DNA of 63,084 bases, filler included, from Octopus bimaculoides (taxonomy: Eukaryota), in NCBI RefSeq assembly GCF_001194135.2. It is 4 parts of 4 records of this genome, joined end to end, with 100 filler letters (N's around TTAATTAATTAA, not from the genome) between each part and the next. Parts side by side here need not be neighbours in the genome. Positions count along the whole stretch, not along the records: positions 58,914 to 63,084 come from NC_068983.1; 3 more parts are not named here. The stretch is one strand, 5' to 3'. The notes beneath the pieces were generated by a model. That model was not told the origin of the DNA. It saw only the letters and a program-made list of their open reading frames with translations, and did no database searches. Numbering within the stretch: the stretch's first letter is position 1; each line of letters begins with the position of its first letter. Positions 59,035 through 63,084 of this stretch are shown here, piece by piece. The position numbers and the translations under genes were made by a program.

Positions 59035-59370
59035 AACATCATGATGTTTGTAGTGACCACTGGTGATGGCGACGTTATGCCTCCATTCACTTTCTCACAA
59101 TGCCTCAGACTCAACAACACGGAAGCCTACAAGTGCCTGGAGGTAGTAGTGCTCCCCTGGGTCAAGAGATTGGCTGCTGGAAGACCCTATGTCTGACAAC
59201 AGGTGTCTGCAGCGTGCCACATAAGCAGGAGAATCTAGTCGTGACTGTCAGACAATTTCTGCGACCATCTCACCCCTAACATCACTCTCGGCACATGTCC
59301 TCAGATTGCATCGTCCTCAGATTGACACCCAAACACTCTGAAATGATCGTATTGGAGCTTCCGGCGCGAA
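59035..59370. mobile_element. Rearranged maT-like transposase fragment (internal inversion)
   Basis: 59035-59284 matches the reverse complement of 59941-60185; 59282-59370 matches 60204-60275 in direct orientation. Confidence 0.85.
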
Positions 59371-59506
59371 TATATCAAAATAAGCAATTGCATATCAAGT
59401 AGTAATGCAGTACGACCGGTCAAGTGGCATTGCATTTAAATTGAGCCGCTTGGAATAGTCGTACTGCATTACTACGTGATATCCTGTTGTTTATTTTGAT
59501 TTTATA
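59371..59506. repeat. About 135-bp imperfect palindrome (MITE-like)
   Basis: Arms 59393-59416 and 59458-59481 match at 23 of 24 positions; weaker pairing extends outward and inward; TA-rich ends. Confidence 0.85.
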
Positions 59507-59632
59507 CACCTTACTTCGAGCTGTGCGGAAAATACCGGACTGACTTGGTGCTTCAACTTAAGTACCTAATTTAACTGAATCTTAATTATCTATATGTATT
59601 TCTATATAATTATATATATATACAGATAAACA

Positions 59633-60456
59633 CATAAAGTGCGGTGAATAAAATGTCTAAATTACGTAAAAAAGAAAATAGCACTGACATTTCATTTTAA
59701 CAGGTATACTTACCAAAATTACATAAAAATATCTTGAAGTACTAAAGAGTAAATTTATTCTATAAAATCGCCATTGGCTTCAACCACAGCCTCCAGACGA
59801 CTTCGGAATCGCTTGCATCTCTTCTGGTGAATGCCTTCAGTTTATCCTTCGTGTTTCAAGGAGTTACGTTGGTCTCTCGTTCAACTGCGCCTCACATATA
59901 ATAATCAAGGGGGGTTACCATCCGGGAGGTTAGGTGGCCAGATGTTAGGGGTGACGTGGTCGCAGAAATTGCCTGACAGTCACGACTAGATTCTCCTGCT
60001 TATGTGGTACAGTGCAGAGACCTGTTGCCAGACGTAGGGGCTTCCAGCTGCCAATCTCTTGGTTGAGTAGCACTACCACCTCTAGGTACTTGTAGACCTC
60101 CGTGTTGAGTCTGAGGCTGTGTGAGAAGGTGAATGGAGGTATAGCGTCACCATCACTAGTGATCACTAAAAACACCACGATGTTAACTGGATGTTTGATT
60201 TTTATCACTCTCGGCACGTCCTCATATTGACACCTAAACACTCTGAAATGTTCGTATTGGAGCTTCCGGCGCAAATACCAAGCAGTACAGCATGTCGTTT
60301 CTGGCAGAGGAATTGCGTCATGGTGCTGGTTTTCTCACAGACGGTACCCAACTGACCTTGCTATACTGTGTACTTGACAAAATCAAAAACAAGCAACGAT
60401 GCGCATTACGCGAAATCAAAAATATAAAATGGCGACAAGTTATCCATCGCATCCTG
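59633..60456 (-). mobile_element. Internally deleted maT-like (Tc1/mariner) transposon
   Basis: KHPVNIVVFLVITSDGDAIPPFTFSHSLRLN, TPNIWPPN and FRSRLEAVVEANGDF; degenerate TIRs GTGCGGTGAATAAAATGTC / GACAAGTTATCCATCGCATCCTG followed by TA. Confidence 0.8.
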
Positions 60457-60738
60457 TATAAATATATGTATATANNNNNNNNNNNNNNNNNNNNNNNNNN
60501 NNNNNNNNNNNNNNNNNNNNNNNNNNNNNNNNNNNNNNNNNNNNNNNNNNNNNNTATATATATATATATATTAGATTCGTTCATATTTTATATACATACC
60601 TCTTGATTCATAATTCACAACATATCCTGCATATCTGCTAAAAAAAGACTTTCCCTTCCAGCAGTATAATTACCCCCAATACTACCACAGCCACTTCACC
60701 TGTCCTGACTGGTTACTTCCGGCATACAAGATCACGTA

Positions 60739-60954
60739 CGAGGGTATGCTGAAAAGTTCCTGGCTTTAAGAGTATCGCCACAGGCCTGGTTGGAGGCCCA
60801 ATATTCCGAGTTCTTTTACAGGGTTAGAAAAACTGAAGGATCGCTGCAATAAGTATGTGAACCTGAGAAGGAAATATTTTGGATAAAATCATAATTAACT
60901 GATCCTCCTGTATTTTCTTTTAACCAAAGCTAGGAACTTTTCAACACCCCCACC
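60739..60954 (+). mobile_element. Mariner-derived MITE (about 216 bp)
   Basis: TA-flanked TIRs CGAGGGTATGCTGAAAAGTTCCTGGCTTT / AAAGCTAGGAACTTTTCAACACCCCC; retains a transposase C-terminus-like GLEKLKDRCNKYVNL. Confidence 0.85.
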
Positions 60955-61039
60955 TATATCTAAGCTACATCTCAATTTAGCTTTTCCTTTCTAGTCGTTC
61001 CATCCACTAAACTATATTCATTTTCTCATACTCCACCAA

Positions 61040-61470
61040 ACAAGTGAACATGTGGGAACCGAATCTGCCCTGGGTGAGGGGAAAGATATAGAGGAGACTA
61101 ATGAGAGGAAGCTTATCAAATACAAGGAGATGGTAGAACAGTGCAAAAATTGGGGCTAACAAGCACATTGGAAGACATCTAAAGTGGGCCGCCGAGGCTT
61201 TTTGGGGTGTTCAGTCTGTAAAACTCTGGTTGTATTTGGAGTCGCTGGTGCAGCAAAGAGTAGAGCTATAAATTCTATCACTGAAGCTGCATCGAAGACG
61301 ACAAAGTGGCTTTGGATAAAGAGGACAAACCATTGGGTTTGTTGCTACTGGGATGCAAGCTGGGACTTGATCAACCCTGGCTGAATTAACCGGGTGAGAG
61401 GGTCTGCTGCTGAAAAACTTAAAAACCCCTGAGACCTAATAAACGTCACTGATGATGCATACCTGAGCAT
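61040..61470 (+). mobile_element. 3' fragment of a second Hero-type element
   Basis: EETNERKLIKYKEMVEQC, VGRRGF, EAASKTTKWLWIKR, followed by a Hero-like 3' UTR ending GTCACTGATGATG. Confidence 0.75.
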
Positions 61471-62554
61471 TTGTGAGACGTGTCTTAAAACAATCTCTGC
61501 TCTCCATCCTTATACACTTCCTGATTTACCTATTACAGTTCAAATAACCTTCCTGCTTTCTCTTTTGTTTCCACCTTCTCATTTTGTCTATTTTATCAGC
61601 TCGCTTCTTTCTTCACTCTTATATTCTAAAATCTCTTTTTACCATTTCCTCACATTCTCCTTTGCTACAACCATCATAAATTGACCCGATTTCATATTTC
61701 TGAAACATAACTTCTCTAATAAGAGTTTGCAAAACATTCGCATTGCTGATAACGATGGAAAAATTGTAGGATTATGTATAAACCCATTTAAAAATATACA
61801 AAATACAGAGTGTTTAACTTAGAGATCTTTCAAGTTTGCGGATTTACACGATTATCGCATCGGAATATTAACATGCACGCACAAATATTATACATTATAC
61901 CAAGATGTGTGTGTGTGTGTGTGTGTGTGTGAATATATTATACATATATACTGGTATATGAACACAGTTGACTGTACTCACACATATATACACTTACAAA
62001 CATACAAGTATACAGTTATATTCATTCTGTATGTTCGAGTATCTATGTATAAGTATTTATGTGTATGGATGTGTGTGTGTGTGCCTATAATACGTTAATA
62101 TACATACATTTACATCCACATAAATACACATTTCCAACTCCTCTATATATCTATACATTTTTAATAAACACATAAACACGTATCTGCAGCATTATATGCA
62201 GTAGATATGTGTATTCATTTATCTCACGATCAAAAAATGTCTATGCATTTGTTCATTTCTGTTGCTCTTTCCTGCATAAATTAATAGAAACACAAATTTA
62301 TATAGATCTAAAGATATTCTACCAAGAATACACGTTCTTAAAAGGATGTAAATCTACGTTAACGTGCGCTCAGGAAATAGAATAGAAAACTAAAACATAT
62401 AAATGAATATATATAAAAATAGATGGGAAAATTAGTAAGAGATTAGAGATACAGAAAATTATCCTTGCGGTTTTGTAATATTAAACCCAAGATCAGACAA
62501 AGGAACTCGCTTTAGGTTCATATCCTGCTATAGTTTAACATCTAAAGTTCATCG

Positions 62555-62836
62555 GTTACAGTCAATTGACTGTGGCCATGCTGGAGCACCGCCTTTTAGT
62601 TGAACAAATCGACCCCTGGACTTATTCTTCGTAAGCCTGGTGCTCATTCTATCGGCATCTGCTGCCGAACCGCAGGGACGTAAACACACCAACATCGGCT
62701 ATCAAGTGATGGTGGTGGTGGCAAACAGACATAAACACACACACACACACACACATATATACATATACATATATACTACGGGCTTCTTTCAGCTTCTGTC
62801 TGCTAAAACTACTCACAAAGATTTGGTCGACCTGAG
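62555..62836 (-). mobile_element. SINE family A (head truncated)
   Basis: GACTGTGGCCATGCTGGAGCACCGCC...GGGCTTCTTTCAGC. Confidence 0.85.
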
Positions 62837-63084
62837 TGAATCATTTCTGTTGCTGTCACAGAATTTGAAATTTCAAAATTAAATGAAAATTTTCAAATTT
62901 GGTATATTGATGTAATTTTTCACATTGAATCCGATTTTATGATTCCATTATTCCAGAAGGATTTTAGAAAGATTTTACATAAGTTCAAAGTCTGACCATT
63001 TTTACTCATTCAGATTTGGAAGCTAGCATTTTCTGTGTGGTAGCTGTGTATGACAAAATGAAAGTAAAACTCATTAGATGCTCT

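Overview
Repeat-dense, AT-rich animal genomic DNA with many N gaps. The SINE, LINE and microsatellite families suggest an octopus (cephalopod) assembly; this is inferred from repeat sequences I recognise, not from a search. Three identical 100-bp N44-TTAATTAATTAA-N44 scaffolding spacers split the window into four segments, so relationships across them are unverified. No complete protein-coding gene is visible. There is one well-supported internal + strand exon (20952-21096) and a probable second exon cut by a gap (58763-58813). The rest is mostly transposon material: a Ty3/Gypsy-type pol fragment with its 3' LTR; a decayed Penelope-like element carrying a nested non-autonomous LTR element and a SINE; a 5.2-kb Helitron with both termini; Hero, R4/Dong-like, CRE-like and RTE non-LTR fragments; DD37D (maT) and mariner DNA transposons and MITEs; a solo LTR; and many tRNA-derived SINEs. 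The most unusual observations are: (1) a tRNA-headed, hammerhead-bearing repeat with Penelope-like inverted ends; (2) a captured 3' half of tRNA-Trp with a duplicated LTR-end/PBS in the nested LTR element; (3) a covarying terminal hairpin shared by two LTR families; (4) an LTR with promoter motifs and a strong splice donor just upstream of the host exon; and (5) 62-bp stem-loop modules of an RTE 3' UTR expanded into minisatellites. Almost all ORFs in the supplied track are microsatellite or N-run artefacts, or transposon remnants. Element boundaries were read by eye and are approximate unless a TSD or terminus is given.
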